From a virus (Duplodnaviria; Heunggongvirae; Uroviricota; Caudoviricetes), in IMG/VR virus record IMGVR_UViG_3300032007_004072, positions 74,223 through 138,222 of that record: a stretch of DNA of 64,000 nt, one strand, 5' to 3'. This document shows, piece by piece, positions 1 through 10,087 of the stretch. The notes under the pieces are model-generated. The model ran no database searches. It was not told where the DNA came from and worked only from the letters and a program-made list of their open reading frames with translations. A program made the position numbers and the translations under genes. Numbering within the stretch: the first letter of the stretch is position 1; every line of letters starts with the position of its first letter.

Positions 1-201
1 GCTATTGATTATAACATTATTACTAAGTCTGGAGCATGGTTTACATTTGAAGATGAAGAAGGTAATCCTCGTATAGATAGTGACTCGAATACAATGAAAT
101 GGCAAGGATTGACTGGTGTAGTAAAGTATTTTGAAACACATGAAAAAGAATACTCTGAATTATTTGACTTGGTGGACAAAAAAGTTCGAGAAAACTCTTG
201 A
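1..201 (+). CDS. recA: RecA-like recombinase, C-terminal end (partial)
   Basis: Frame 1 reads AIDYNIITKSGAWFTF...KWQGLTGVVKYF..., matching the RecA C-terminal (I-KSGAWF..QG) pattern; stop TGA 199-201. Confidence 0.7.
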   Translation, partial: AIDYNIITKSGAWFTFEDEEGNPRIDSDSNTMKWQGLTGVVKYFETHEKEYSELFDLVDKKVRENS

Positions 202-247
202 CAAATCTCTTAAAATATGCTATACTCTTTTTGTGAGGTGATTAATA

Positions 248-460
248 GTGTTAGTTTATAAACCATCTGTGGTAAGGCAAATAGGGCTAGTATTACCAAG
301 CGATATTCTAATTACAGAAGGTAATCTATTTAAGATCATGGCTCCTTTTGCTGATGAATATTTCATGAGAGATGGAGAATGGAGTCGTTCAAAAAAGGGA
401 TTAGATGTAACAACAGCAAATGTTAATAAAATTCTTACAGAAATGGGGTATAAGTTATGA
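248..460 (+). CDS. hypothetical protein
   Basis: ORF track; follows TTGACA(198)-17-TATACT promoter and GAGGTG RBS. Confidence 0.7.
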   Translation: MLVYKPSVVRQIGLVLPSDILITEGNLFKIMAPFADEYFMRDGEWSRSKKGLDVTTANVNKILTEMGYKL

Positions 461-993
461 AATTAACAATCAGAAAAGGTATGTTTGAAACAAATTCATC
501 TTCAATGCACTCTATTATTATTACTAAGAATAATGATAGTTATGATGAAAAAGAACTTAAAGTGTATTATGGAGGTACATTACATTTTTCTGACGATGAT
601 TTAGAGTTTAGTCGTTATCCGTTTAAATTTTTAAATACTTGGCGTAGTAAAGTAGCTTACGCTATTGCATCTTATTGTCAAGAATATAATAAAGATGATG
701 AAGAAGCTAAAGAATTTATTTCTAAGCTTGAGGCTATTATTAAAAAGCATGTAAAAAATTTTGACCATATTGAACTTCCAGACCCAGAAGATACATGGTA
801 TCCTTTTGGTTATGTGGATCATCAATCAGAAGGATTACTTCAGAAATTCCTAAGTGAAGAAAATGTTACCTTAGAAGATTTTATTTTCACACCTAAATAT
901 ATTGTAATTATTGATGGTGATGAGTATTGTATCTTTAATAGCATGAAAAGAGATATTAAATTTGAAGTAGAGAAAGAAGTGCTTCCATGGTAA
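457..993 (+). CDS. conserved phage protein with N-terminal FETNSSSxHS motif
   Basis: IRKGMFETNSSSMHS and GYVDHQS motifs; overlaps radical SAM start. Confidence 0.75.
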   Translation: MKLTIRKGMFETNSSSMHSIIITKNNDSYDEKELKVYYGGTLHFSDDDLEFSRYPFKFLNTWRSKVAYAIASYCQEYNKDDEEAKEFISKLEAIIKKHVKNFDHIELPDPEDTWYPFGYVDHQSEGLLQKFLSEENVTLEDFIFTPKYIVIIDGDEYCIFNSMKRDIKFEVEKEVLPW

Positions 994-1910
994 AGTACAA
1001 GAATGGCAATGTCTATGTAAGTATAGACGAAAATACAGGTACTAAAATTAGATTCTCAAAGGAGGATGATTTTCATCCTTCCTTTGCAGAAAGTATGGAT
1101 GTTTCTATAACGCAGAAGTGCAGTCAGTCGTGTAATTTTTGTTATTTGGGTTGTACACCAAAAGGTAAACATGCAGATTTAATGTCTGATTATGTAGTGA
1201 ATACTTTTATTCCGTCATTGCACTCATATACAGAGCTTGCATTAAATGGAAATGATTTAGATAACCCTACATTACTACCATTTTTAGAAATGCTTAAAGC
1301 TCAAAAAGTATTTGCTAACATCACAGTAAATCAAAATCAATTCATGTATAATCTACAAACATTAGCTGATTGGCAAGAAAATGAACTTATTCATGGCATT
1401 GGTATTTCTTATAAGAAATACGAAGGGGAGTTCTTTTTATGCCTATCAAAAGTAGAAAATGTAGTTATTCATGTAGTTGCAGGTATATTTAGTGAAGAAG
1501 ATCTATATCATTTAGCTTCTAGAGATTTAAATCTTTTAATACTAGGATATAAAAATATAGGTCGTGGTAAAGAGTATTATGAGCATATGAATAGGCTTAT
1601 TGCTGATAATCAAGATTTTTTAAAGAAGTATTTAAGAACCAAAGCTTTTTACGAAGAATTTAAAGGTGTTGGTTTTGATACTCTTGCTTGTAAGCAATTA
1701 GATATTAAATCTATGCTTAGTGAAGATGAGTGGGAAACTATGTATCAAGGTGATGATGGTTCATTTACATTCTATGTAGATCTTGTCAATAATAAATTTG
1801 CTAAGAGTTCTACATCTAACTTTACATATGACATTAAAAATCGCAATGTTGATGATATGTTTAATTCCATAAGGGGGCTTAATAATGCCAAGAAAGGGGT
1901 CAAAGACTAG
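987..1910 (+). CDS. radical SAM enzyme
   Basis: CxxxCxxC motif (CSQSCNFC) plus typical phage radical SAM C-terminus (FTFYVDLVNNKFAKSS). Confidence 0.9.
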   Translation: MVKYKNGNVYVSIDENTGTKIRFSKEDDFHPSFAESMDVSITQKCSQSCNFCYLGCTPKGKHADLMSDYVVNTFIPSLHSYTELALNGNDLDNPTLLPFLEMLKAQKVFANITVNQNQFMYNLQTLADWQENELIHGIGISYKKYEGEFFLCLSKVENVVIHVVAGIFSEEDLYHLASRDLNLLILGYKNIGRGKEYYEHMNRLIADNQDFLKKYLRTKAFYEEFKGVGFDTLACKQLDIKSMLSEDEWETMYQGDDGSFTFYVDLVNNKFAKSSTSNFTYDIKNRNVDDMFNSIRGLNNAKKGVKD

Positions 1911-2358
1911 CAAAACAATAATGAAAGAAAAGGGTAATGTAGCTAACCCTGTCAAGAAAATTAAAAAAGCTACAGGCTCAAAAGAAAAGGTAAAAGCAGT
2001 ATTAGAAAAGGAGAGGAAAGATCCTACAAAAAGTAAGATTCCCCTTCCTCTCCATGTAATACCTCTTGAGTATCCCTTTTTCATTAGAGCGTATAATGCA
2101 GGGTTTGCATTATGTATGGTTAAAAAGCCTGTGGACGGGAAACCTACATATGAATCCTTATGCTATGCAAGTCGCTTAGAGCAAATGTTTTCAATAGTAG
2201 TAAACTATATGATTAAAGTTCCTTTAGATGTGCAAGAATTATCTAAAAAATTAGACCATATTTATGACATGATTAAGGCTAGAGTTGAAAATAAGAAAGC
2301 GTCAGAACTTTTTGATGAATATAAGACTACAGAAGAATTTGTGGAGGATTTCAAGTGA
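1885..2358 (+). CDS. hypothetical protein
   Basis: ORF track; coupled to neighbours. Confidence 0.7.
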   Translation: MPRKGSKTSKTIMKEKGNVANPVKKIKKATGSKEKVKAVLEKERKDPTKSKIPLPLHVIPLEYPFFIRAYNAGFALCMVKKPVDGKPTYESLCYASRLEQMFSIVVNYMIKVPLDVQELSKKLDHIYDMIKARVENKKASELFDEYKTTEEFVEDFK

Positions 2359-2627
2359 GATATACATTGACTGAAGAAGAAAGAAACTTTGTACAAACTG
2401 CTTTAGATAAATTTTTAACAGATTTTGAACCTGTCAATTTTGCAGGGACAAGTATTTCCCCTTACAATTTAAGAGAAGTCTTAATGGATAATGGTTTTAC
2501 AGAAGATGTCTATGATAATAACGCTATGGATTATTGGTGGTATTTTATTCATCCTAAATATGGTAGAGTCGTTATGTATTTTGATGCTCAAAGTTTTGAA
2601 CTTGTTTTATCTGTTTATGAGGAGTAA
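2355..2627 (+). CDS. hypothetical protein
   Basis: ORF track; GTGA overlap. Confidence 0.7.
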   Translation: MRYTLTEEERNFVQTALDKFLTDFEPVNFAGTSISPYNLREVLMDNGFTEDVYDNNAMDYWWYFIHPKYGRVVMYFDAQSFELVLSVYEE

Positions 2628-2630
2628 AAT

Positions 2631-3338
2631 ATGAGAGTAAAATTAATCACATATACACCAAATCCAGAATTTATTGTGGCATCTGCTGCAAGACTTTGTT
2701 ATGCGAATACAGTAAATATAGAAACTTTAATGGATAATCTTACATGGGAGAAAGTTAATGCCTTGGTAGAAGATTTAGCCGAAAGTGGTCATGCAAGTCC
2801 CTTTACTCAAATATACTTTACTTTTGCTGTAGAAGGTGTGTCAAGGGCATTTAGTCACCAATTTTGTCGGCATCATGTAGGGTTAACTCTAGATCAACGT
2901 AGTCAAAGATATGTTAATGAAGAAAATTTTCAGTATATTGTACCAAAAGCGATAGCTAATTCTGATATGGCTTCTGAATATGAATCCTTTATGCAGAATA
3001 TTGCAGGATTCTATAAAAGACTTGTAGATGCAGGTTTTAAAAAAGAAGATGCTAGATCTGTTCTTCCTAATGCTTGTGAAACTAAACTAATTGCTACTAT
3101 AAATGCACAAGAACTTTTTCATATATTTAATTTAAGATGCTGTAATCGTGCTCAATATGAGTTTAGAATGGTAGCAAATGAAATGCTTAAACTTTGTAAA
3201 GAAGTAGCACCTATTATTTTTAAGAATGCAGGAGCATCTTGTATATCTTTAGGTTATTGTCCTGAAGGTAAGATGTCTTGTGGAAAAGCACCAACATTAA
3301 AAGAGGTTATGGAGGTATACAATGGACAAAATTCTTGA
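2631..3338 (+). CDS. thyX: FAD-dependent thymidylate synthase
   Basis: GHASPF, RHH-X7-SQRY (ThyX RHR-X7-S variant), EDARSVLPNA, LRCCNRAQYE motifs. Confidence 0.93.
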   Translation: MRVKLITYTPNPEFIVASAARLCYANTVNIETLMDNLTWEKVNALVEDLAESGHASPFTQIYFTFAVEGVSRAFSHQFCRHHVGLTLDQRSQRYVNEENFQYIVPKAIANSDMASEYESFMQNIAGFYKRLVDAGFKKEDARSVLPNACETKLIATINAQELFHIFNLRCCNRAQYEFRMVANEMLKLCKEVAPIIFKNAGASCISLGYCPEGKMSCGKAPTLKEVMEVYNGQNS

Positions 3339-3864
3339 CATTAAATCAGAATCCTATAAATATAAGATAGGAGACTATGTTAGAATTAAAGATATTGATA
3401 ATCTTACTCCTAGAGTTTCTAGTGGTATGTGTAATTATGCAGGAACAGAAGCTTGCATTACATCTGTAGAATATGATGATGTTAAAGAAATATACGTTTA
3501 TAGCTTAGATATTGACTCTGGAATACATTTTTGGACAGAAGAAATGTTTACTCCTTTATTTGCAAGAAAAACATCTAGTGCCAATTGCGGAGTATCTGCA
3601 AAACAAGAACATTATCAAAATTCAGCACTTCAACCAATACAGGTGATGCAAAGAATTATGTCTAAGGAGCAGTTTTATGGATTTTTAATAGGTAACTTCA
3701 TTAAATATTCTATGCGAATGTCGCATAAGAAAGGTGAATCTGTAGAGAAAGAAAAAGAAAAGGCTAGACAGTATGCATATTGGGCTGAATTGGCTAAAAA
3801 AGATGTTATTATAGACCCTATAGAACATTCAGTTCCTCCTGATTATGTTTTTAAGGGACTGTAA
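3322..3864 (+). CDS. DUF3310-like domain protein with N-terminal SH3-like segment
   Basis: HYQ...QPIQVM...FYGFLIGNFIKY..R...K...KARQY pattern. Confidence 0.7.
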   Translation: MDKILDIKSESYKYKIGDYVRIKDIDNLTPRVSSGMCNYAGTEACITSVEYDDVKEIYVYSLDIDSGIHFWTEEMFTPLFARKTSSANCGVSAKQEHYQNSALQPIQVMQRIMSKEQFYGFLIGNFIKYSMRMSHKKGESVEKEKEKARQYAYWAELAKKDVIIDPIEHSVPPDYVFKGL

Positions 3865-4042
3865 TCTACTTAGGGGAGGGGCTAAACTTGGAATTCACTA
3901 TAAGAACAAATAAAAAAGAATATCAAGAATATAATGGTAAGCGATGTAAGATAGTAAATGCCCATAGATCAGATGGATTAGTGGAAGTACTTGTATTGGA
4001 CTGTAATTGTCTTATACTACTTAAAATGAATGAATTGGAGGA

Positions 4043-4255
4043 TTGAATATGACACGAAAAGAAGCATTGGATTCTATTCTTGGATCAGAACACTCTAACT
4101 ATCAATATAGCAAGATGATGAGAAGTAGTTTGGGCTGTTTTAATTGTTTATTTAGAACCCCCTGTAATGAAGCATACAAGAATAATAAGTTTAGGTCTTG
4201 TGGTGAATTTATCAATGAATATTTAGATTCGGAGTTTATTCCTAATGGCAACTAA
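4043..4255 (+). CDS. hypothetical Cys-rich protein
   Basis: ORF track; CxxC motif; GGAGG RBS. Confidence 0.6.
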   Translation: MNMTRKEALDSILGSEHSNYQYSKMMRSSLGCFNCLFRTPCNEAYKNNKFRSCGEFINEYLDSEFIPNGN

Positions 4256-4592
4256 GAATGATAAGGCTACACGTTTCTACTCAAATAAACAAGAAGAATA
4301 TATAAAAAATCTTGTAGGTGGTTCTAGATGTAGCAACTCAGGTGCTTCACCCTTCACTTGTGGAGATTGTGTAGATAATTTATTTGTGTATGAATGCAAA
4401 ACACAGACTACTAGTAAAAAATCATTTAGTATAAAAAAATCGTGGTTAGAAGATAATGAGCTTGAACGGCTTCAATTGCATAAACAATTTGGGGCATTGG
4501 TTATTCAGTTTGAGCCAGATGGGGAAAATTATTTTGTCCTCCCAGAAAAAACTTTCAAAAAACTACTTGACAAATATAAAGAAGAATGTTAA
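4245..4592 (+). CDS. Holliday junction resolvase-like PD-(D/E)XK nuclease
   Basis: SNKQE...SNSGA...GD...YECKT...SFSIKKSWLE pattern of phage Hjc-type resolvases. Confidence 0.75.
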   Translation: MATKNDKATRFYSNKQEEYIKNLVGGSRCSNSGASPFTCGDCVDNLFVYECKTQTTSKKSFSIKKSWLEDNELERLQLHKQFGALVIQFEPDGENYFVLPEKTFKKLLDKYKEEC

Positions 4593-4631
4593 AATAAATA
4601 CAGAAAATGTAAAGCAAAGGAGCATAAAAAT

Positions 4632-4985
4632 ATGATTACTTACGAACAGAATGGTACAACTATTGTCGCAAAATTTTCTCAAGATGGTAAAACACTTAAA
4701 AGAATTTGGCAAGAATCCCTTTGGGAATGTGTAGATAAGTACACATATGGCACAGCCTTTAGTCATTGGGGATTTGCAGATGATATTACAGAAAAAGTAT
4801 TAAATGGTAGAAAACTCGTAGGTATTGCAAAATGTCATCCTAATGATACATTTGATTTGGAGGAAGGTAAACGACTTGCTAGGGAGGATCTTATCAATCG
4901 TTTTAACCTTGCTAAAGCACAACTTAAAAAAGAAATTTTATACGCAGTAAAACACGATGTAAAAGTTCTTAGAGATAGAATGTAA
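4632..4985 (+). CDS. hypothetical protein
   Basis: ORF track; AKCHPNDTFDLEEGKRLA motif common in phage proteins. Confidence 0.7.
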   Translation: MITYEQNGTTIVAKFSQDGKTLKRIWQESLWECVDKYTYGTAFSHWGFADDITEKVLNGRKLVGIAKCHPNDTFDLEEGKRLAREDLINRFNLAKAQLKKEILYAVKHDVKVLRDRM

Positions 4986-5056
4986 TAATTTAAGCAGTAC
5001 GACAATTAAAGACAGAGATTTAATTTCTGTCTTTTTTTGTTGGAGGAGGGCTAATT

Positions 5057-5287
5057 ATGACAAATAAAAAAGTGTTTGCTAGATACGGTAAAGAATCTTG
5101 GATTGTCGAACATCAGTTAGTCAGTCTTCTACAAAGATATATAGAAGAAGGAAAAAATGTCAATCTTGTAGCATTTGTGAAGGATTTTATGGATGCTGAA
5201 ACTGATTGCGATACTGAAATTGAGCTTTTTGAAAAGAATAGGACAGACGTTATAGATGTGGATTACGCTGAAGGTGATAGCTATTGA
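5057..5287 (+). CDS. hypothetical protein
   Basis: ORF track; GGAGGAGG RBS. Confidence 0.7.
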   Translation: MTNKKVFARYGKESWIVEHQLVSLLQRYIEEGKNVNLVAFVKDFMDAETDCDTEIELFEKNRTDVIDVDYAEGDSY

Positions 5288-5610
5288 AATTTAAATATAA
5301 CGACATTGTAAAGTGGCATAATGAAGTAGGATTAATTACAGATTCACGTATTCATAATGGTATTTTACAATATCAAGTTAAACTAGTAGATGGAACTATT
5401 GTTTGGACAGAAGAAGGTCATATCATGATACACACAGCAAGAAATTTAGCAAAGATTGGTGATAAGGTTTCTTATTATGATAATGGATTTAAGTATGGTA
5501 TTGTAGTAGATGTAGATTATTCTCATGGATTTAAATTTTTAGTAGAGATGTCTAATCGTGAACGTCTTTGGAAACAGGAAGGTGAGATTCGTGTATGTAA
5601 AAGTAAATAA
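5284..5610 (+). CDS. hypothetical protein with two SH3/KOW-like repeats
   Basis: Two K(Y/I)(N/G)D.V...G...D..Y.V repeats. Confidence 0.6.
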   Translation: MKFKYNDIVKWHNEVGLITDSRIHNGILQYQVKLVDGTIVWTEEGHIMIHTARNLAKIGDKVSYYDNGFKYGIVVDVDYSHGFKFLVEMSNRERLWKQEGEIRVCKSK

Positions 5611-5827
5611 TGACTTAATTTGTATAGATAAACTAATCAAAGCAGAACTTACTCCTGCTTCCTATAATAAAGGAACAATAAAGCTGACTTATTTAGTTAA
5701 TGATATTACTGCAAAAGAGCCTGTAGTTACCAGTGAATTTTCACACATTTCTCCAAATTCTATACAATTACTGGCAGAAGCTGTACAAAACAATAAAAAT
5801 TACGTAGATTTATCGAAAAATCCTTGA
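5558..5827 (+). CDS. hypothetical protein (true start probably GTG 5591)
   Basis: ORF track; stop TGA lies in next -35 box. Confidence 0.6.
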   Translation: MNVFGNRKVRFVYVKVNNDLICIDKLIKAELTPASYNKGTIKLTYLVNDITAKEPVVTSEFSHISPNSIQLLAEAVQNNKNYVDLSKNP

Positions 5828-5878
5828 CAAATAATACAAAATCTGCTATACTTAAATCATAGGGAAAGAGGTGAGTAC

Positions 5879-6562
5879 ATGGTTTTTGTGGACGCAGAAA
5901 ATATTAGTAAAACTCTTTTTAAGCAGTTCTATCTTAAACATAAAGAAGAAAAGTATAAAGTATATGCAAAGAAGTCAGTAATTAGTGGTATATATCTTAG
6001 ACTTAGTAATGTAGAATTTATTGATTGTTGTCACGGTAAAAATAGTGCAGATACCTATATGACCGCAGATATTGTTAAATCTCTATATGAAGATAATATC
6101 TTTCAGTATTATGTTATTACTCAAGATAAAGATTTAGCAATAGCACTTAAAGCCATTACAGATCACTTAAAAAGAGTAACGCTTGTAACATCCCTTGGAC
6201 AGAAGTTATCGAATCTTAAATCTGTTGGTGTTGATCTCAAATATGTGGATATAGAAGAGATTGACACAAAAGATAATAATTCATTTATTACTAGAATAAC
6301 TAGGACAAATGATACTGCAACTATTTACAACTCATACAAGAAAAGAGTTTGGGTAAAAAGAGTAAATGGAAATATTTTAGAAGTACCTTTTGAAAATGGA
6401 ATGCATATTGGAACATTTAAGAGATTTTTATCACCACATAAAAAATCTTTAGGTATTGGGCCAACTACTTCTTGGGTTGACTTTATAGAAAAGCAATATC
6501 TAAAAGTAGTTGGTACTCAAATATACTTTTTGTCGGAGGATGAGCTATGGGATGAGTCATAG
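5879..6562 (+). CDS. NYN (PIN-like) domain nuclease
   Basis: VFVDAENI, GKNSADTYM, TQDKDLA acidic motifs. Confidence 0.8.
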   Translation: MVFVDAENISKTLFKQFYLKHKEEKYKVYAKKSVISGIYLRLSNVEFIDCCHGKNSADTYMTADIVKSLYEDNIFQYYVITQDKDLAIALKAITDHLKRVTLVTSLGQKLSNLKSVGVDLKYVDIEEIDTKDNNSFITRITRTNDTATIYNSYKKRVWVKRVNGNILEVPFENGMHIGTFKRFLSPHKKSLGIGPTTSWVDFIEKQYLKVVGTQIYFLSEDELWDES

Positions 6563-6917
6563 AACAAAAAATAAAATCGGACTTAAGCTAGGCGAACAAG
6601 CTAAAGCTAGGGGCGATTTTTTCAGAAAATTTTTGGATAAAGAGATAACCTTAACTGGAAAGATATTAGCCCTGCAAGATGTATTATCTGTAAATTTCAT
6701 TGGTAAATCTGTATTATTCAGTGTCAGTAATATCCCAGATGTGGATCATTTGTGGATTCACTTAGAAGAATTTAAGAACTTTAATGTAGAAGAATTTAAT
6801 TGGAATAATCCAATTACAATTAAAGGAATAGTATACTCATATACAAGAGAAAATAAAAGTAAGGTTTGGCATGTTAAATATTCACTTAAAGATGTTAGAG
6901 TAGTGAAAGGAGAATAA
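6552..6917 (+). CDS. hypothetical protein
   Basis: ORF track, start trimmed to ATG 6552 after GGAGG. Confidence 0.65.
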   Translation: MSHRTKNKIGLKLGEQAKARGDFFRKFLDKEITLTGKILALQDVLSVNFIGKSVLFSVSNIPDVDHLWIHLEEFKNFNVEEFNWNNPITIKGIVYSYTRENKSKVWHVKYSLKDVRVVKGE

Positions 6918-6920
6918 GTT

Positions 6921-7163
6921 ATGCGCTATATTGTTAAAGTTGAAACAAAATCTGATAATCTTTATCTTTATGTTATTAACAGCAATACTCCTTCTCTTAC
7001 ATGTCGTTGGCATGATGCTACATTCTTTAGGACAAAAGAAGAAGCTATGCATGGTATTTCTTTAATTCGTCAGAATTTTGCTGATTGTGGTATTACAGCT
7101 TTTGAGGTTCGCAGTGTAAATGTAAATATGGATGATGTAGTAGTTGCAAAGGAGTACTTCTAA
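6921..7163 (+). CDS. hypothetical protein (paralog of 7163..7435)
   Basis: Shared A.(F/L)F..K..A...L pattern. Confidence 0.65.
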   Translation: MRYIVKVETKSDNLYLYVINSNTPSLTCRWHDATFFRTKEEAMHGISLIRQNFADCGITAFEVRSVNVNMDDVVVAKEYF

Positions 7164-7435
7164 TGGAAAAGTTATATGCAATTGCAATAGAATGTAGAGA
7201 TAAAGAAACTAATGCTGATATTACTATGTATGTAAAAGATGGTGCTACTGCTGATAGTTGGTTCACCACACTTAATATTGGAGAAGCGTTCCTTTTTTGG
7301 GATAAGAATGTAGCTCGTGATGTAGCAAGTAATTTGACAGAATATTTTAAGGAAGAAGATAGCCTTATTGTAGAAGGTATTATGATACTTTCTGTAAAAA
7401 TTGAACTAGAAAGGGTTGAGTATCTTGAATCTTAA
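7163..7435 (+). CDS. hypothetical protein
   Basis: ORF track; TAATG coupling. Confidence 0.65.
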   Translation: MEKLYAIAIECRDKETNADITMYVKDGATADSWFTTLNIGEAFLFWDKNVARDVASNLTEYFKEEDSLIVEGIMILSVKIELERVEYLES

Positions 7436-7706
7436 ATGTTTCTTTGGTTTCCACGATTATTAACCTGTGGATGGGTTATGATGGGAGTATAAATATACAA
7501 CATATACTTATTATCCACCAGATTTAATTGGTATAGATGTATTAAAATTATATAAATGTAAGAATTGTGATAAGATGTATAGAAAATATATTGAATACTA
7601 TTCTAAATCTCAGGGTTATACTTATGGGTTTAATCTTAATCGTGTTATAGATGATTTAGAGCTTAAAGGTATTCAGCACATCACTAAATTTTATGTTGAC
7701 AAATAA
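7425..7706 (+). pseudogene. small Cys/His protein with two in-frame stops
   Basis: TTG 7425 after GAAAGGG; MNLKCFFGFHDY*PVDGL*WEYK...YKCKNCDK...VDK*; stops at 7461 (TAA) and 7479 (TGA). Confidence 0.6.
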
Positions 7707-8097
7707 AGAAAAACATTATTTTCTACTAGCAAAAGCCGAAGCTGATAAATCCACATTCTATAGAATAAACATAGGTTGTGTGATAGTTAAAGGTAACAAG
7801 ATTCTTGCTCGTGGCTGTAATGTAGAAAAATCTCACCCTAAACAAAAATTCTTAAATGAAAAGTGTAGGAAGTTCACTACGAAAAATAACTATATTCATG
7901 CAGAGCTTAATGCAGTAATACATTCAACCACTTATAATTTAAGCGGAGCTACTTGTTATCTTTATCGAGAAGATGGTAATGGACAAATGTGTTGTTGCAA
8001 ACCTTGTCCTGCCTGTGAGTTTGTTTTAAGACAAGTTGGAATAACTACAGTGTATTATACAGACTATAATAAATTTATGAAAATGGAGTTGGTATAA
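7693..8097 (+). CDS. cytidine/deoxycytidylate deaminase family protein
   Basis: HAE...PCxxC zinc motifs (HAELNA, KPCPAC). Confidence 0.88.
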   Translation: MLTNKEKHYFLLAKAEADKSTFYRINIGCVIVKGNKILARGCNVEKSHPKQKFLNEKCRKFTTKNNYIHAELNAVIHSTTYNLSGATCYLYREDGNGQMCCCKPCPACEFVLRQVGITTVYYTDYNKFMKMELV

Positions 8098-8098
8098 A

Positions 8099-8326
8099 AT
8101 GATTATTATGGACAGAAAAAAGAATTCTATTATTAATATTATCAGTAATTGGCATATTTCTTTTGTAAATAATCAGCTTTGGTTATTTCCAGAATTAAAT
8201 ATTGATGATTTTGAAAAAGCTAACCATTATGTATTTGATCTTGATTATTCAGCAGAAGAAATTATGTCTCGGTTTGTAAGAGATTTACATTTCAACTTAA
8301 ATAAAGATGTAGAAGTATTCCTTTAA
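8099..8326 (+). CDS. hypothetical protein
   Basis: ORF track. Confidence 0.6.
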   Translation: MIIMDRKKNSIINIISNWHISFVNNQLWLFPELNIDDFEKANHYVFDLDYSAEEIMSRFVRDLHFNLNKDVEVFL

Positions 8327-8634
8327 TGTACAGGTTAGTATTTAAATGCCAAAGAAGTGGTAAGTTAGATTATTTATATTTAACACCTATAGTTAATGAA
8401 GAAAATATTCTACTTAGTTTTGGCATTACCTACAATAAATATAAATCTTATAGTTTTAATACTATATATGAAGCAAAGGCAGTTTTAGATTATATTTTAC
8501 GAAATAAACGGAAACTTTTGAATAGGATTAAGTCTATTGATAAGTACATTGAAAATATAATAGGATATGAAATTGAAGAAGATTTTGGAACACAACACAT
8601 TGTTAGATTAGTTAAAGTAGGTAAGATAGCATGA
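8326..8634 (+). CDS. hypothetical protein
   Basis: ORF track; TAATG coupling. Confidence 0.65.
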   Translation: MYRLVFKCQRSGKLDYLYLTPIVNEENILLSFGITYNKYKSYSFNTIYEAKAVLDYILRNKRKLLNRIKSIDKYIENIIGYEIEEDFGTQHIVRLVKVGKIA

Positions 8635-9566
8635 ACTATAAATTATATACACACAATGACTTAGATGGTGTTGGTTGTGCAATACTTGCTAAACTTGCAT
8701 GGGGAGATGGAGTTGAAGTTCGGTATTGTAACTCACCAGATGAAGTCACTAATAGATTAATTAAGGATGATAATGCACATAAAGATTTAGTATATGTTAC
8801 AGATTGTAGTTTTAATTATGAAAAGTTACGTAACAGTAATCATAGAGTAATTGGTAAGATTAGATTATTTGATCATCATGCAACAGCATTATCATTAGTA
8901 CAAAAAAGTGAATATTTTAAGGTAGAAACTCATAGAGAAGATGGACATCCTACTTGTGGCACAGAAATTTTCTATAAATTCTTGCAGGAAAGAAAAGGAT
9001 TTACTACTAATTGTGACTATTTTGTAGAGCAAGTTAGGCTCTATGATACATGGGAATGGGCTGAAGGGACATCTAATATTCCTAGATATTTGTCAATGCT
9101 TCTTTACACTAATAGTATAGATAAGTTCTGTGACACATTTACTGCAAAACTTCTCAAAGGTAAATTAAATGACCTCAATGTATTTACAGATAGTGAACGT
9201 GCAGTACTTGAATATGAAGAGCGTAGACAAAATAAAGAAATGGAAAAAGCACTTAAAAATACTTATATTGTGAATACCAATAATTATTCTTATGGTATTG
9301 TATTTGGTAGTGTAGATATGAGTACAGTTGGAAATGCTATTTGTAATGAATATGATGTAGATGTTGCAATGAATATTAATCCTGCTACTAATATTATTGG
9401 TGTAAGAACTACAAGAAATAATTTAGATTTAGGCAAGTTAATGAAAGATATTTATGGTGGTGGTGGACATCCTAAAGCAGCAGGAGCACCTATTACTAAT
9501 TTAGCTGAAGATATTATTAGAAATGTATTACACGATAAAGTAAGTTTTATTTCAAAAGCGGGGTAA
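8631..9566 (+). CDS. DHH/DHHA1 phosphoesterase (oligoribonuclease-like)
   Basis: THNDLDG, VTDCS, FDHH, GGGHPKAAG motifs. Confidence 0.92.
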   Translation: MNYKLYTHNDLDGVGCAILAKLAWGDGVEVRYCNSPDEVTNRLIKDDNAHKDLVYVTDCSFNYEKLRNSNHRVIGKIRLFDHHATALSLVQKSEYFKVETHREDGHPTCGTEIFYKFLQERKGFTTNCDYFVEQVRLYDTWEWAEGTSNIPRYLSMLLYTNSIDKFCDTFTAKLLKGKLNDLNVFTDSERAVLEYEERRQNKEMEKALKNTYIVNTNNYSYGIVFGSVDMSTVGNAICNEYDVDVAMNINPATNIIGVRTTRNNLDLGKLMKDIYGGGGHPKAAGAPITNLAEDIIRNVLHDKVSFISKAG

Positions 9567-9571
9567 CTATT

Positions 9572-9823
9572 ATGGAAGAATTTATCAATGGTTTACTTGA
9601 AGAACCTTTAACATTAGTAGATGTAGTTCAGCATGGATTATTTGAATGTACAGTAGTGATTCGTATTGATGATACAGGTAGAGATTGGTCATATAATTTA
9701 GAAGATATTTATAATCTTTTCTTAGAACTCGAAACAAAGTTTGATATTGTTAATTTAGTAAGTATTAGTGAAGATCATATCGTAACCATTTATGTATATG
9801 ATGAATATTTCTTGGGGGAATAA
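9572..9823 (+). CDS. hypothetical protein (paralog of 9827..10087)
   Basis: Similar length and L..L.V...S.DHIV.Y pattern. Confidence 0.65.
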   Translation: MEEFINGLLEEPLTLVDVVQHGLFECTVVIRIDDTGRDWSYNLEDIYNLFLELETKFDIVNLVSISEDHIVTIYVYDEYFLGE

Positions 9824-9826
9824 CCA

Positions 9827-10087
9827 TTGAAAAGTTTAATTGTAGCAACTATAAATAATATATTTAATAATTTACATACAGAATTTCATCTTGTATCTGT
9901 AGAGCATTATGAAAGGATTGGACATTTAATTACTATCTCTTTTAATGAAGCTAAAGCAAGTTGGCTTTATGCAGACCTTGCTTATATTCTGCATGGATTT
10001 GAAAGATTTTTTACTGGTGTTGAAGTAGATGAAGTAACTTCTGACCATATTGTAATCTATGCTGAAGGTGGTTGGTTTAATGATTAA
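9827..10087 (+). CDS. hypothetical protein
   Basis: ORF track. Confidence 0.65.
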   Translation: MKSLIVATINNIFNNLHTEFHLVSVEHYERIGHLITISFNEAKASWLYADLAYILHGFERFFTGVEVDEVTSDHIVIYAEGGWFND

